This document shows, one piece after another, positions 1 to 10,244 of a stretch of DNA of 64,000 nucleotides; position 1 is the first letter of the stretch; each line of letters begins with the position of its first letter. Origin of the DNA: Gammaproteobacteria bacterium (GTDB taxonomy: Bacteria > Pseudomonadota > Gammaproteobacteria > Eutrophobiales > Eutrophobiaceae); the NCBI GenBank assembly GCA_963422205.2, contig CAXMWX010000005.1:608001-672000 (forward strand), in the 5' to 3' direction. The notes under the pieces were generated by a model. It ran no database searches and had not been told where the DNA came from. It worked only from the letters and a program-made list of their open reading frames with translations. Both the position numbers and the translations under genes were made by a program.

Positions 1-220
1 CGGCAGGGATAGAACTGTCTTTGGGGTTGAAACCAACAGTGCCGGAGGCAAATATCCAGTCTCCATCTACCACTGCACGTGAGTAGGCTGCCATTGCTTC
101 CCACTTTGAACCTGAGGAGATAAACATCCTTTGTTGACCATCAGACTCAGCGGCCGATATAGAGACGGATAACAGTAACAACAGAACGATCATGAGCAAG
201 CGGACGGGTTCAACTATCAT
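1..220 (-). CDS. Rid (RidA/YjgF/UK114) family protein with N-terminal signal peptide, truncated by window edge
   Basis: Hand-translated (absent from ORF track): MIVEPVRLLMIVLLLLLSVSISAAESDGQQRMFISSGSKWEAMAAYSRAVVDGDWIFASGTVG. ISSGSxWE..YSRAV..GDWIFxSGT is a typical Rid N-terminus. Confidence 0.8.
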   Translation of the reverse strand, partial: MIVEPVRLLMIVLLLLLSVSISAAESDGQQRMFISSGSKWEAMAAYSRAVVDGDWIFASGTVGFNPKDSSIPA

Positions 221-236
221 ATTGATATGCTCCCAT

Positions 237-716
237 TTATTGATGATAACGCCTTGCTTCAGGGCGATTGGCCCGCCAGCGAAAGAACTCGACAATATAG
301 CCCTCTGGATCATACATGCGGAACTCTTCAATCATCCCATCGGCGCCGTCTTCTATACCGTGAATCATGTCAATTCCCTGCTTATCTTTTAATGTATCCC
401 ACCAAACCTCTAACTCAGGCGTTTCAATCGACAACAGGGCACCCTTGTTTTTTGTCGGCTTGAGCGAGCCGCCAGAATCATTCACCAGGCCAATGAAGGA
501 TGAGGGCGTTAATTCAAATATATACACCCAGTCTTCTTCGGTGATCAGCTTAAGCCCCAGCGTGTTTTTATACCAAGCTGCTGCTGCAGGCAAATCCTGA
601 TAATAAAAGAAGGTTACGCCAGCGGCAATCGATGGATTAGGCTCTGCCGCCGTGATCTCTCCGGCAAGCAACAGGGAGAGTACAGAGCCGATAAACAGCA
701 CCTGAATATCCTTCAT
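237..716 (-). CDS. VOC/glyoxalase family protein with signal peptide
   Basis: FYYQDLPAAAAWYKNTLGL and FRMYDPEGYIVEF VOC motifs; hydrophobic N-terminus; AGGA RBS before ATG 716 (ORF is open to 755). Confidence 0.8.
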   Translation of the reverse strand: MKDIQVLFIGSVLSLLLAGEITAAEPNPSIAAGVTFFYYQDLPAAAAWYKNTLGLKLITEEDWVYIFELTPSSFIGLVNDSGGSLKPTKNKGALLSIETPELEVWWDTLKDKQGIDMIHGIEDGADGMIEEFRMYDPEGYIVEFFRWRANRPEARRYHQ

Positions 717-759
717 TTTTCCTACCTTAGTTGCTGTATTATTTAATCTGTGCATCTCC

Positions 760-3114
760 TTAGAAATAACGCTTGATACGCAAGCCCCATTCTATGGGAC
801 GGGAGATAGCACCATCGGCGTAATTAAACCCTTTAAACCCAGCCAGCACCACCTGCTTGTCCAAAGCATTTTGCACAAATAGAGAACCACTCCAGTTTCC
901 CTTATTGCTGGCGTAGCCCAGGGCCAGGTTAAGCATGGTGTAGGCATCCCGTTTTAATACCTGACTGTTAATAGCATCGTTGTACTGCTTGTCTGTATAG
1001 CCAACATCAAGGCGCGGCGTGAAGGCGCCATAAGCAGTATGAATAACATAAGCCACTGAAGCGTTAAATTGCCATTCCGGTGTATTAGGCAGCGCATCAT
1101 CCACAGTGATAGCCGAGTTGGGATCACGTACATTTCCAGGATTATTGGCGACAACGCTTCTATACTGTGAGTCAAGATAAGCCAATCCGGTTGAAATACG
1201 CAGATTGGGCATTGGCAAAGCGGAAATTTCTAATTCAAAACCCTTGTTATCCGCATTGCCCAGATTACCGATCAGGCTAACCGCATTGCCAAGATCAGGT
1301 TGGAAAACATTCGCAGGTAGCTGAACCCCTTTATAGCGCATCAGAAAACCAGCAGCGGACAGATTCATCCTGCCTGCAAATGTAGACCATTTCAAACCCA
1401 ATTCATAGGAGGTCACAAACTCAGGGCCAAACTGTGGCAGAAAGGCCAAGGGCCCATTTCTTACCTGAATGCCGCCGCCCTTGAAGCCCTCAGAATAACT
1501 GGCATAAAACATGACATCCTCGCTTAATCGATAGGAAAGATTAAGATAGGGTACCGTCTCTTTTACAGCAGCCTTGTATGTTCCTGTAGGCACCAGGGGA
1601 GCAGGCAGGTTGGCGCCAGCCAGTGTATTGGCCTTGATGCCCCTAAAAGAGAGATTATTGACAAACCCGGTGGTGAGCGCCTGGTGCCTCGCTCCATCCA
1701 CAATCGCCTGTTTTTCTTCATGGGTATAGCGCAGACCTGCGGTCAAAGACCATTGTTCAGTAATATGAAAGGTGCCTTGAGCAAACACAGCAAGGTCCTC
1801 GGTTTTAAAGAATCCACCAGAGAGAATATCGAAACTGGCAAACAGAATTGCATCGTCCTCCACGCCATCCTCATAGAAATAATACCCACCGATAGTCCAG
1901 TCCAGCCGGTCATTGAAAGAGGTGCCACTTAGCTGAATCTCTTGACTCCAAACATCGTAATCAACCGACAGGAACAATTCGACCTGCTGATTAAACGGAA
2001 GATTGTCTGCATCACGACCAAAATGTGATGTCAGCGTTTTATAGGCACTGATGGACTTCAGTCTGAGTTGATCATGGATATACCAATTTAGCGTCAAAGA
2101 CGCATTGTAGCTTTCCAAATCAGTTGGAATATCAGTATTGGTAAAACTGATGCAGCAGGGGCCATCGGGATCGTTAATAGCTTGCGGGCTAAACCCCTGT
2201 AACATCCCCCGCAAGACAGCAGAGTCCACAAACGGTGCGATAAAATCCCGGAACCGAGTTGGCTGCGTCCCGGCCGGGTGAGTCGGATCCTGTGACAGGG
2301 CAACCTGGGCAGCGCCCTCGGAATCATCACGATCAAAGCCTATAGTCAGATCAGCGGTCAAACGATCACTTGCCAACCAGCGTGCCTGCGCTATCAGATT
2401 GACCGCATCCTTATCACCACTTTTCCCATCAACAAAGGGACGAGCAACAAAACCATCGCGGTCTTGGGATAATGCGGATAACCTGAAAAAAAATCTGTCT
2501 GATAAAGGAATGTTCATATGTCCTTTAAAGTCCAGGCGATTATATGAACCGGCGATAAATTCAATATCTCCATCGTGCTCAGCATGCGGTTTTTTTGTGA
2601 CTACACGAATGGCACCGCCAATAGTATTACGGCCAAACAAGGTACCCCGTGGCCCGCGCAATACCTCAATACGCTCCACATCCACCACATTGGTCACATT
2701 ACCGATAGAATGGGGAAGATAAACATCATCAATATAGATGCCTACGCCGGGTTCAACCGCCAGCGTGTAATCACTTTGACCAATACCACGAATAAATACC
2801 GCGGCCGCGTTATTGCTGCCGGAAATATTCGCTGAACTGCTAAACACCAGGCCCGGGGTCTGAGTACCAATCTGATCGATACTGCTGATGTTTCTGTCAA
2901 TCAGCTCTTCACCCTTAAATGCAGTCACGGAGATTGGGGTACTCATCAGAGACTCTTCCCGCTTGCGTGCGGTAACAGTGATTTCCTCGAGCCTCAAAGC
3001 ATCGCTGTTGCCTGCCTGCTGCGCTTGAGCAGGGATGGCTAAAACAGCCACGAGAGAAACGGCAAGACTACTAAAATATCGTTCTTTAAAAAACATCTGC
3101 TTTTCCTCACTCAT
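760..3114 (-). CDS. TonB-dependent outer membrane receptor
   Basis: Signal peptide, LEEITVTARKREE TonB box region, plug motif VERIEVLRGPRGTLFGRN, C-terminal aromatic residue (RYF). Confidence 0.95.
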   Translation of the reverse strand: MSEEKQMFFKERYFSSLAVSLVAVLAIPAQAQQAGNSDALRLEEITVTARKREESLMSTPISVTAFKGEELIDRNISSIDQIGTQTPGLVFSSSANISGSNNAAAVFIRGIGQSDYTLAVEPGVGIYIDDVYLPHSIGNVTNVVDVERIEVLRGPRGTLFGRNTIGGAIRVVTKKPHAEHDGDIEFIAGSYNRLDFKGHMNIPLSDRFFFRLSALSQDRDGFVARPFVDGKSGDKDAVNLIAQARWLASDRLTADLTIGFDRDDSEGAAQVALSQDPTHPAGTQPTRFRDFIAPFVDSAVLRGMLQGFSPQAINDPDGPCCISFTNTDIPTDLESYNASLTLNWYIHDQLRLKSISAYKTLTSHFGRDADNLPFNQQVELFLSVDYDVWSQEIQLSGTSFNDRLDWTIGGYYFYEDGVEDDAILFASFDILSGGFFKTEDLAVFAQGTFHITEQWSLTAGLRYTHEEKQAIVDGARHQALTTGFVNNLSFRGIKANTLAGANLPAPLVPTGTYKAAVKETVPYLNLSYRLSEDVMFYASYSEGFKGGGIQVRNGPLAFLPQFGPEFVTSYELGLKWSTFAGRMNLSAAGFLMRYKGVQLPANVFQPDLGNAVSLIGNLGNADNKGFELEISALPMPNLRISTGLAYLDSQYRSVVANNPGNVRDPNSAITVDDALPNTPEWQFNASVAYVIHTAYGAFTPRLDVGYTDKQYNDAINSQVLKRDAYTMLNLALGYASNKGNWSGSLFVQNALDKQVVLAGFKGFNYADGAISRPIEWGLRIKRYF

Positions 3115-3303
3115 AAGTAGCCATTGTGTTTTCTGCTAAGAGACTTAGAAGAAGCGAAGAACCATTGGATGTTCTGCGATAACTACGATATTTATGCTCC
3201 ACCTAACAAGTCTATTTGCACTAGCGATTTGAATTTACAGTTTGCCCCTGATGGTTAGCTAAAAATACTATAGCTGCTCAGGTTGTGATGGTAAACAGAA
3301 AAA

Positions 3304-3321
3304 TTAGACTAAGAGGGCTAA
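3304..3321. promoter_or_regulatory. Candidate TetR operator (TTAG-N10-CTAA)
   Basis: Inverted half-sites TTAG actaagaggg CTAA between the divergent receptor and TetR genes; half-sites are short, so tentative. Confidence 0.3.
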
Positions 3322-3366
3322 CTTTAGTAAATTTACCTCCCCCGATAGTCGTTTAATGCGTAAAAA

Positions 3367-4011
3367 ATGACAAGTAAAAACACTCGGAAAAAAATTAAGA
3401 CTGCGGCAACTTTTTTATTTAATCAGTTTAGTACCAGCAAAATATCGACTAATCGTATCGCCATAGAATGCCAGATCAGCAAAGGCAACCTGCATTACCA
3501 CTTCAAAAATAAATAAGAGCTAATTCGCGATATTTTCGCTGATATGGTGCACGAGATAGAAACCGACTGGCATGGTGATGAGGATAAACCAAACGTAAAA
3601 CACATGGCAGAGATGTTCGTGCGCCAGCTAGACTTGATCTGGCGTTTTCGTTTTTTCTATCGCGAAATGGTTTCTCTGGTCAGGCTTGATCCTGTGTTGA
3701 AAAAATCTATCAGTCAATTCAGGGTTAAGCGTATTGAAGCCGTTGTAGGCTTTTTCGATAGCCTGATAGAGGCGGGTGTGCTGATTATGCCACGTAGCAG
3801 AGAAAGCCTGCGCTATCTGGTATTAATGACCTGGATATTCTGTGACAACTGGCTGAATTTTCTGGAGTTGCAAAATGAGGAAGAAACCGATGAGGCCCTG
3901 CAACTAGGCTATGATTTTATTATTGAGATTCTCTACCCTCATATGACTGAAAAAGCCAAAGCGGAAATCTACCACAGCTATGCGATGATTAATATGGCCA
4001 TCAAGCCTTGA
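3367..4011 (+). pseudogene. TetR/AcrR family regulator interrupted by an in-frame TAA
   Basis: ATG 3367 reads MTSKNTRKKIKTAATFLFN...ISTNRIAIECQISKGNLHYHFKNK*ELIRDIF; the stop is at 3514-3516 and the same frame continues into ORF 3544..4011. Confidence 0.85.
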
Positions 4012-4268
4012 CAGGCCCCATCGCTATCTCTTTCAGGTAAGCAATCATTTCGGTGATAAACTCAGCTGCCCTGCTGCAACACCTCCATGTCAGGCATTTG
4101 TAATGATAGCCAGAGTTTAAGCAGTCTGAATGAACGGATAACTTGCAGACTAAGCTTGCGCCAATTCATCGTCTTCTGATCAATGAAGAGAGTTTATCTA
4201 TGCGGTAAACTACCCGTGCTTTTAATACATTGTCATACTGAAACAAAACAGGACATGAGGTAATAGCA

Positions 4269-5309
4269 ATGCAGTTAGGTTTGCAATTAGGTTATTCCCG
4301 GGCAGGGATTCAGATCCCCATGGATATGATTCTGGAGGCAGAACGGCTCGGTTATGATTCGGTATGGACTGCCGAGGCGTATGGCTCTGATGCCGTGACG
4401 CCAGCAAGCTGGATCCTGGCGCAAACTTCCAGGATCAAGGTCGGTACTTCCATCATGCAGATACCTGCCCGTACCCCGACCATGACGGCAATGACGGCCA
4501 TGACCTTGCAGCATTTATCTGCCAATCGGTTTATCCTGGGTCTGGGGCCATCCGGGCCACAGGTGGTTGAGGGCTGGTACGGCGTCAGTTACGCCAGACC
4601 GCTCACCCGTATGCGTGAGTATATCGACATTATCCGACAGGTGTTTGCCCGACAGCAGGCAGTACACCATGATGGCTATCATTATCAGATCCCTTATGCC
4701 GGGGCGGACAGCACCGGGCTGGGCAAGCCGTTAAAAAGCATATTGCATGGCGATCCGAAGGCAAAGATCTACACGGCGGCGATGACTCATGGCGGTGTGG
4801 CGCTGGCGGCGGAGTTGGCCGATGGTTTCTTTCCGGTGTGGATGAATCCGGAGCGGTTTGATATTTTCAGTGCAGCTATCGATAGCGGTTTTGCCAGGGC
4901 CACAGCGACAAAGAAGCTGGCGCAGTTTGATATTGCCCCGTTTGTGATGGTCGTTATGGGTGAGGATATTAATGCATGTCGGGAACAGGTGAAGCAGCAC
5001 CTGGCGCTGTATGTGGGCGGCATGGGCGCGGCGAAGAAAAATTTTTATAACGATTACACCAGGGCCCTGGGGTATGAAGCGGCGGCCGAGACCATACAGG
5101 CATTGTTTCTGGCGGGGAAAAAGGCCGAGGCGGCGGCCAGCGTGCCGGATTCTTACGTGGATGATATTGCGCTGGTCGGCCCGGCCGATCATATCCGTGA
5201 GCAGTTGCCACGCTGGCGGGAAGCGGATAAAAAACATCACGTCAGCACCATGTTGCTCAACTGCAACTCAACCGCCGCACTGCAACTGCTGGCCGAAGAG
5301 ATGCTCTAG
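4269..5309 (+). CDS. LLM class (luciferase-like) oxidoreductase, probably F420-dependent type
   Basis: AERLGYDSVWTAEAYGSDA, RFILGLGPSGPQVVEGW, GLGKPLK motifs. Confidence 0.85.
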   Translation: MQLGLQLGYSRAGIQIPMDMILEAERLGYDSVWTAEAYGSDAVTPASWILAQTSRIKVGTSIMQIPARTPTMTAMTAMTLQHLSANRFILGLGPSGPQVVEGWYGVSYARPLTRMREYIDIIRQVFARQQAVHHDGYHYQIPYAGADSTGLGKPLKSILHGDPKAKIYTAAMTHGGVALAAELADGFFPVWMNPERFDIFSAAIDSGFARATATKKLAQFDIAPFVMVVMGEDINACREQVKQHLALYVGGMGAAKKNFYNDYTRALGYEAAAETIQALFLAGKKAEAAASVPDSYVDDIALVGPADHIREQLPRWREADKKHHVSTMLLNCNSTAALQLLAEEML

Positions 5310-5474
5310 CCATGACAGGCAATTCACATTATCAAAAATGCAAACACCCAACTTATGCCAGGACGTGATGGATGGCCTGATGAGTAGCTTGATGGATAAT
5401 CTGTATTCGAGTGCAATCAAACAGGCAATATGAAATCCTTATCCGCTGCACACACAGCACTCGCCGGGGCCTAT

Positions 5475-5966
5475 TCACGCATACAGCCAGACCGGTGTGT
5501 TTTCTGTCACCCGATCGAATAATTCAATCACGTCCCGGTTACGCATACGGACACAGCCGCCAGAACCCGGCACACCCATCGCCACCTCATCCGGTGCCCC
5601 ATGCAGATAGATATAGCGCTGATAGGTATCCACATCCCCGCCCTGATTGACCCCGGGCTCCTCGCCGGCAAGCCAGAGAATGCGGGTTAATATCCAGTCG
5701 CGCTGTGGGTATTGTTCGCACATGCCCGGTTGATAAATTTCACCGCTGGGAACCCGCCCGACAAATACGGTGTTCTCCTGGCAGCCGGCACCAATCTTCT
5801 CGGCAATCCTGTGCCTGCCTCTGGGCGTACAGCCGCTGTTTTGCAACTCGCCCGCCCCCTGTTTTGCGGTCGAGACAGTATATCTGCGCTCAACTTTATC
5901 GGCCAGTTTAAGCAGCAACACCTGCCTGCTGATGTCAACTTCAATACATCGCCGGATGGTCGTCAT
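5475..5966 (-). CDS. L,D-transpeptidase (YkuD) family protein
   Basis: IYLHGAP...GSGGCVRM catalytic motif; TPRG motif. Confidence 0.9.
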   Translation of the reverse strand: MTTIRRCIEVDISRQVLLLKLADKVERRYTVSTAKQGAGELQNSGCTPRGRHRIAEKIGAGCQENTVFVGRVPSGEIYQPGMCEQYPQRDWILTRILWLAGEEPGVNQGGDVDTYQRYIYLHGAPDEVAMGVPGSGGCVRMRNRDVIELFDRVTENTPVWLYA

Positions 5967-6017
5967 GAAGCTGACAGGCTGCTGGATTTTTGCCTGTGCA
6001 AAATGCTAATCATGAGT

Positions 6018-7343
6018 TCAGCGCACAAACAGTGCCATGGATTCAACGTGGCGTGTGTGAGGAAACATATCCACCACCCCGGCTTTTTTAAGGCGATAGC
6101 CGCTGTGATTGACCAGCATGTCTGCATCTCTCGCCAGGGTGGCCGGGTTACAGGACACATACAATATCATCGTTATATGCTCCAGTGGCAGTTGTTGTAA
6201 CACCTGCCGGGCGCCGCTTCGTGGCGGATCCAGCAGCAGCTTGTTGACTGCGGACAGATCGAACACTGTATCAACGGTATCCTGCACAAGATCGCTGATG
6301 GCGAACTCGATATTGGTTATCTCATTGTCATCGGCATTGGCCCTCGCCTGCTGGATTAAACGGCGACTGCCCTCCAGACCAAAGACATGCCTGGCGTATC
6401 GTGCCAATGGCAGGGAAAAATTACCCAGACCACAAAACAGATCCAGCACAACATCCTCTTTATCAGGTGCCAGCAGCTCTATCGCCCGATCGATCATTTT
6501 GTTATTCAGGGCAAAATTAATCTGCGTAAAATCCTGCGGGCGAAAACCGACAGTGATCGCCCCATGGTCAATCGTGTAATGCAACGCCGGCTCCGGTTCA
6601 GATAAGGGATGAATGGTATCCAGCCCGCCCGGTTGCAGGTAAAACCGCAGACCATGAATCTCCTCAAACTGCCTGAGTGCGACCATATCCCCGGTGCTTA
6701 ACGGCTGTAAATGCCGCAGGATCAGCGCTGTCGTATTCTCCGCCACGGCAATCTCAATCTGCGCCAGTTGATTATAAACAGACAGGCCGGCGATTAGCGT
6801 CTGCAACTCCGCTATACGCTCACCGACCTTCGGATGCAACACCACACACGCATCCATATCAGTGATGAATCTGCTGTGCTTTTCCTTAAAGCCCACCAAC
6901 ACCCTGGCCTTTTTCAGCACATGTTTTACACCCAGCCTGGCCTTGTGTCGATAACCCCAGTGCCTCTCTGTCAGGGGCGGCAAGAGTTGCTCTGGTATGC
7001 TGGCGGCCAGATGGGCGAGCTGTTCCAGCAACACCGCCTGCTTGTGCTTTATCTGCTCGGCTGGCTGCAGGTGCATCAGACTGCAACCCCCACAAACGGC
7101 ATAGTGCCTGCACCTGGCCGCCACCCGAAGCGGGGAGGGCTTCAAGATGTCCACGGCATAGCCCTCATCAAACCGGCGGCGTTTGCTTGAGTAGAGAAAA
7201 CTCACCTCCTCACCCGCCAGGGCGCCCGCAATAAACACGGCCTTGCCATCAACACGGGCAACGCCTCTGCCATCGTGCGAGAGTGACTCTACCGTGGCAA
7301 TCACAGGCGAAGCAGCGGATTTTTTGCGCCGGCAAGGTGACAT
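6018..7343 (-). CDS. rlmD: 23S rRNA (uracil-1939-C5)-methyltransferase
   Basis: TRAM domain, CxxxxxCGGC Fe-S motif, LDLFCGLGNF, LDPPRSG, YVSCNPATLARD, DMFPHT. Confidence 0.95.
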   Translation of the reverse strand: MSPCRRKKSAASPVIATVESLSHDGRGVARVDGKAVFIAGALAGEEVSFLYSSKRRRFDEGYAVDILKPSPLRVAARCRHYAVCGGCSLMHLQPAEQIKHKQAVLLEQLAHLAASIPEQLLPPLTERHWGYRHKARLGVKHVLKKARVLVGFKEKHSRFITDMDACVVLHPKVGERIAELQTLIAGLSVYNQLAQIEIAVAENTTALILRHLQPLSTGDMVALRQFEEIHGLRFYLQPGGLDTIHPLSEPEPALHYTIDHGAITVGFRPQDFTQINFALNNKMIDRAIELLAPDKEDVVLDLFCGLGNFSLPLARYARHVFGLEGSRRLIQQARANADDNEITNIEFAISDLVQDTVDTVFDLSAVNKLLLDPPRSGARQVLQQLPLEHITMILYVSCNPATLARDADMLVNHSGYRLKKAGVVDMFPHTRHVESMALFVR

Positions 7344-7374
7344 GACTTCACGCTGATCTGCGCTTGACGTATTT

Positions 7375-8157
7375 CTAAGCCCGCCCCTGCCAGGCGTTGA
7401 GAAAGGCAGTCAGATGCGGTTTATCCGCCTGTTTGAGCCGCTCTTTCAGGCGCTCACACGCCGCGTGAAATTCATCCTCGTTGAGATGAGCTCGAATAAG
7501 TTCAAAGCGCAGATACACAAGATAGGTATTCAGTACATCTGTCTCGCAATAATGGCGGATGGCGGCGACATCGCCTGCCAGGTAACGCTCCCACACCTGC
7601 CCGCCACTCATGCCCATTTTGCCGGGAAACCCCAGCAGGGTAGCAATCTCGGTCAAGGGGGCATTGGCACGAGGCTCATAACCGGCCAGCACATCCATCA
7701 GATCGGTATGCCTGAGGTGATAGCGGTTAAGGTAATTATTCCAGCGAAAGTCCCGATCCTTATCGCCCAATTCCCAGTAGCGGCTGGCCGGTATGCCATG
7801 CAGCAGGCAGCGATAATGCAATACCGGCAAATCAAAGCCGCCCCCGTTCCAGGAGACCAGCGTTGGCGTATATTTCTTTATGCCATTAAAAAAGCGCTGC
7901 ACGATATCTTTCTCTGGTGCATCAACATCACCAAGCGACCGCATTTCCAGCTTATCCTCGCTCGCCAAGACGATAGAGATCGCCACCACCTTATGCAGAT
8001 GCAAACGCAGAAAATCCGTCCGGTTATCGCTCTCCTGTCGCCGCTTGGTAAACATCACCTCGGCGATCTCTTTATCCGACAAGCCATCTAAGGCAAACAA
8101 CCGGCGCCCGGCATCCGTATCCGGCACGGTCTCAATGTCAAACACCAGGACAGTCAT
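7375..8157 (-). CDS. Predicted PolB-type 3'-5' exonuclease
   Basis: FDIETVPD, SWNGGGFDLPVL, YCETDV (Exo I/II/III); conserved position between cysM and rlmD. Confidence 0.88.
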   Translation of the reverse strand: MTVLVFDIETVPDTDAGRRLFALDGLSDKEIAEVMFTKRRQESDNRTDFLRLHLHKVVAISIVLASEDKLEMRSLGDVDAPEKDIVQRFFNGIKKYTPTLVSWNGGGFDLPVLHYRCLLHGIPASRYWELGDKDRDFRWNNYLNRYHLRHTDLMDVLAGYEPRANAPLTEIATLLGFPGKMGMSGGQVWERYLAGDVAAIRHYCETDVLNTYLVYLRFELIRAHLNEDEFHAACERLKERLKQADKPHLTAFLNAWQGRA

Positions 8158-9065
8158 GCGGGCGCTGCCGCCGGCCAGGCCGGAAACACATCAATGGAGA
8201 GATAACGATCACCACGATCACAGACGATGCAAACGATCGTGGCGTTCTCAACTGTCGCAGAAAGCCTGAGGGCCGCGGATACCGAACCGCCGGATGAGAC
8301 ACCAGCGAATATGCCCTCTTCTGCCGCCAGCCGCCGAGTCATGTCCTCGGCCTCGGCCTGGGTGACATCCATGATGCTGTCGACCCGTTGTCTGTCGTAG
8401 ATGCGTGGCAGGTAGGCCGGCGGCCAGCGCCGGATGCCCGGAATGCTGTCATCGCCAGCCGGCTGCACGCCGATGATCTCTACCGCCGGGCGTTGCTGTT
8501 TCAAATACTTCGACACCCCCATGATGGTGCCAGTGGTGCCCATAGCGCTGACAAAATGGGTGACCCTGCCGTTGGTATCGCGCCAGATCTCCGGGCCGGT
8601 GCCTTCATAATGTGCACGCGGATTATCCGGGTTGGCAAACTGATCCAGCACCTTGCCCTTGCCTTTTGCCTGCATCGCCTCGGCCAGGTCACGTGCGCCC
8701 TCCATGCCTTCCTCCCTGGTCACCAGAATAAGCTCCGCACCGAAGGCCCGCATGACCTGTCGCCTTTCCACACTCAGATTCTCCGGCATGATCAAGACCA
8801 TGCGGTAACCGCCCGTGGCCGCCGCCATGGCGAGCGCAATGCCGGTATTGCCGCTGGTCGCCTCTATCAAGGTATCCCCCGGTGCGATCTCCCCTCGCAT
8901 TGCAGCCTGTTTGATCATGCTCAGAGCCGGCCTGTCCTTGACCGAACCCGCCGGGTTATTGCCTTCCAGTTTTGCCAGAATGGTATTTGTGGTATTGCCG
9001 GGCAGCCGTTGCAAACGCACCAGCGGCGTATTGCCGACAAAGGCTTCGATGGTGGGGAGACGCAT
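8154..9065 (-). CDS. cysM: Cysteine synthase B
   Basis: KLEGNNPAGSVKDR PLP lysine, EATSGNTG, IPGIRRW. Confidence 0.95.
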   Translation of the reverse strand: MRLPTIEAFVGNTPLVRLQRLPGNTTNTILAKLEGNNPAGSVKDRPALSMIKQAAMRGEIAPGDTLIEATSGNTGIALAMAAATGGYRMVLIMPENLSVERRQVMRAFGAELILVTREEGMEGARDLAEAMQAKGKGKVLDQFANPDNPRAHYEGTGPEIWRDTNGRVTHFVSAMGTTGTIMGVSKYLKQQRPAVEIIGVQPAGDDSIPGIRRWPPAYLPRIYDRQRVDSIMDVTQAEAEDMTRRLAAEEGIFAGVSSGGSVSAALRLSATVENATIVCIVCDRGDRYLSIDVFPAWPAAAPA

Positions 9066-9067
9066 CG

Positions 9068-9535
9068 CTATGCCAGCCCCACGGCCATGATAATGGCATC
9101 CTCACGACCCCTGGCCGCCGGGTAGTAATCACGCCTTGCGCCCACTTCCACAAAGCCATTGTGGCTGTACATTAACCTGGCTTTATTGTTTGATGGCCGG
9201 ACTTCCAAAAGCGCAGTATCGGCATAATACTGGCGAGCCACATCCAGTAAAAAATGTAACAGCGCATGACCATAGCCGGCGCCCTGTAGCTGCGGATCAA
9301 TACATAAATTCAGGATATGCGCCTCGCCGGCGGCCACTGACATCACACCATAACCGGCAATCACGCCATTGCTCTCCATTAACCAGCTACAATAGCCGAC
9401 CTGCAAACAGTCTCTGAAGATAACGGGCGTCCAGGGAAACTCATAGGCAATGTTTTCAATTTCCAATACATGATCCAGATCGTCTGCCTGCATGGGCCGG
9501 AAATACAAGGCGGCCTGTTCAGGCACAGCACTCAT
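9068..9535 (-). CDS. rimI: Ribosomal protein S18-alanine N-acetyltransferase
   Basis: EAHILNLC, LEVRPSN, RRDYY..REDA GNAT motifs. Confidence 0.93.
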   Translation of the reverse strand: MSAVPEQAALYFRPMQADDLDHVLEIENIAYEFPWTPVIFRDCLQVGYCSWLMESNGVIAGYGVMSVAAGEAHILNLCIDPQLQGAGYGHALLHFLLDVARQYYADTALLEVRPSNNKARLMYSHNGFVEVGARRDYYPAARGREDAIIMAVGLA

Positions 9536-10233
9536 GTCATCTCAAGCAGCCGCATGACCAACTGCAAGTCCTGCCAGGATTTGCGTTTCTCGCGCGGCGA
9601 GCGCAGCAGATACGCCGGATGATAGGTGACCACAACGGGTATATTTGTCTCACCATAGCGGTATTGTTGCCCGCGCATCCGGCCTATAGGTGTCTCTGTC
9701 TTCAGCAGGTTTTGCGCGGCGATGCGGCCAAGCGCCACGATCAGCCGGGGCTGAAGCATCGCTATCTGTTGCCTTAGATAAGGCTCACATGAGCGCACTT
9801 CCTGTGGCAGGGGATCGCGGTTACCAGGCGGCCTGCATTTGAGAATATTCGCAATAAACACCTGCTCCCGACGTAACCCGATTGCCAGGAGCATGGCATC
9901 GAGTAATTTACCGGCACGGCCAACGAATGGCTCACCCCGCCGGTCTTCCTCGGCACCGGGGGCCTCGCCGATGAGCAGCAGATCGGCATGTCGATCACCC
10001 ACGCCGAACACAGTCTGGGTACGGCTGGCCGACAAACTGCATTGCTTGCAGATGTGCACCTGCTGTTTGAGTGCCTGCCAGTCAGCGCTGACTGTGGCAG
10101 CAGGCGCCATGTCAGGCGGGATGCGGGGTGAGGCGTCAGCCGCTTGATCTGGCGGGGGCGGTGGGTTGCGCGCCAGCCAGACCGGCACACCCATAGCGTG
10201 CAGATAGCGACAGTGTCTCTCCGATCTTGCCAT
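9532..10233 (-). CDS. Uracil-DNA glycosylase family 4
   Basis: CxxC Fe-S motif, [29 protein letters not shown]. Confidence 0.92.
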   Translation of the reverse strand: MARSERHCRYLHAMGVPVWLARNPPPPPDQAADASPRIPPDMAPAATVSADWQALKQQVHICKQCSLSASRTQTVFGVGDRHADLLLIGEAPGAEEDRRGEPFVGRAGKLLDAMLLAIGLRREQVFIANILKCRPPGNRDPLPQEVRSCEPYLRQQIAMLQPRLIVALGRIAAQNLLKTETPIGRMRGQQYRYGETNIPVVVTYHPAYLLRSPREKRKSWQDLQLVMRLLEMT

Positions 10234-10244
10234 CGGTCAGCGGC

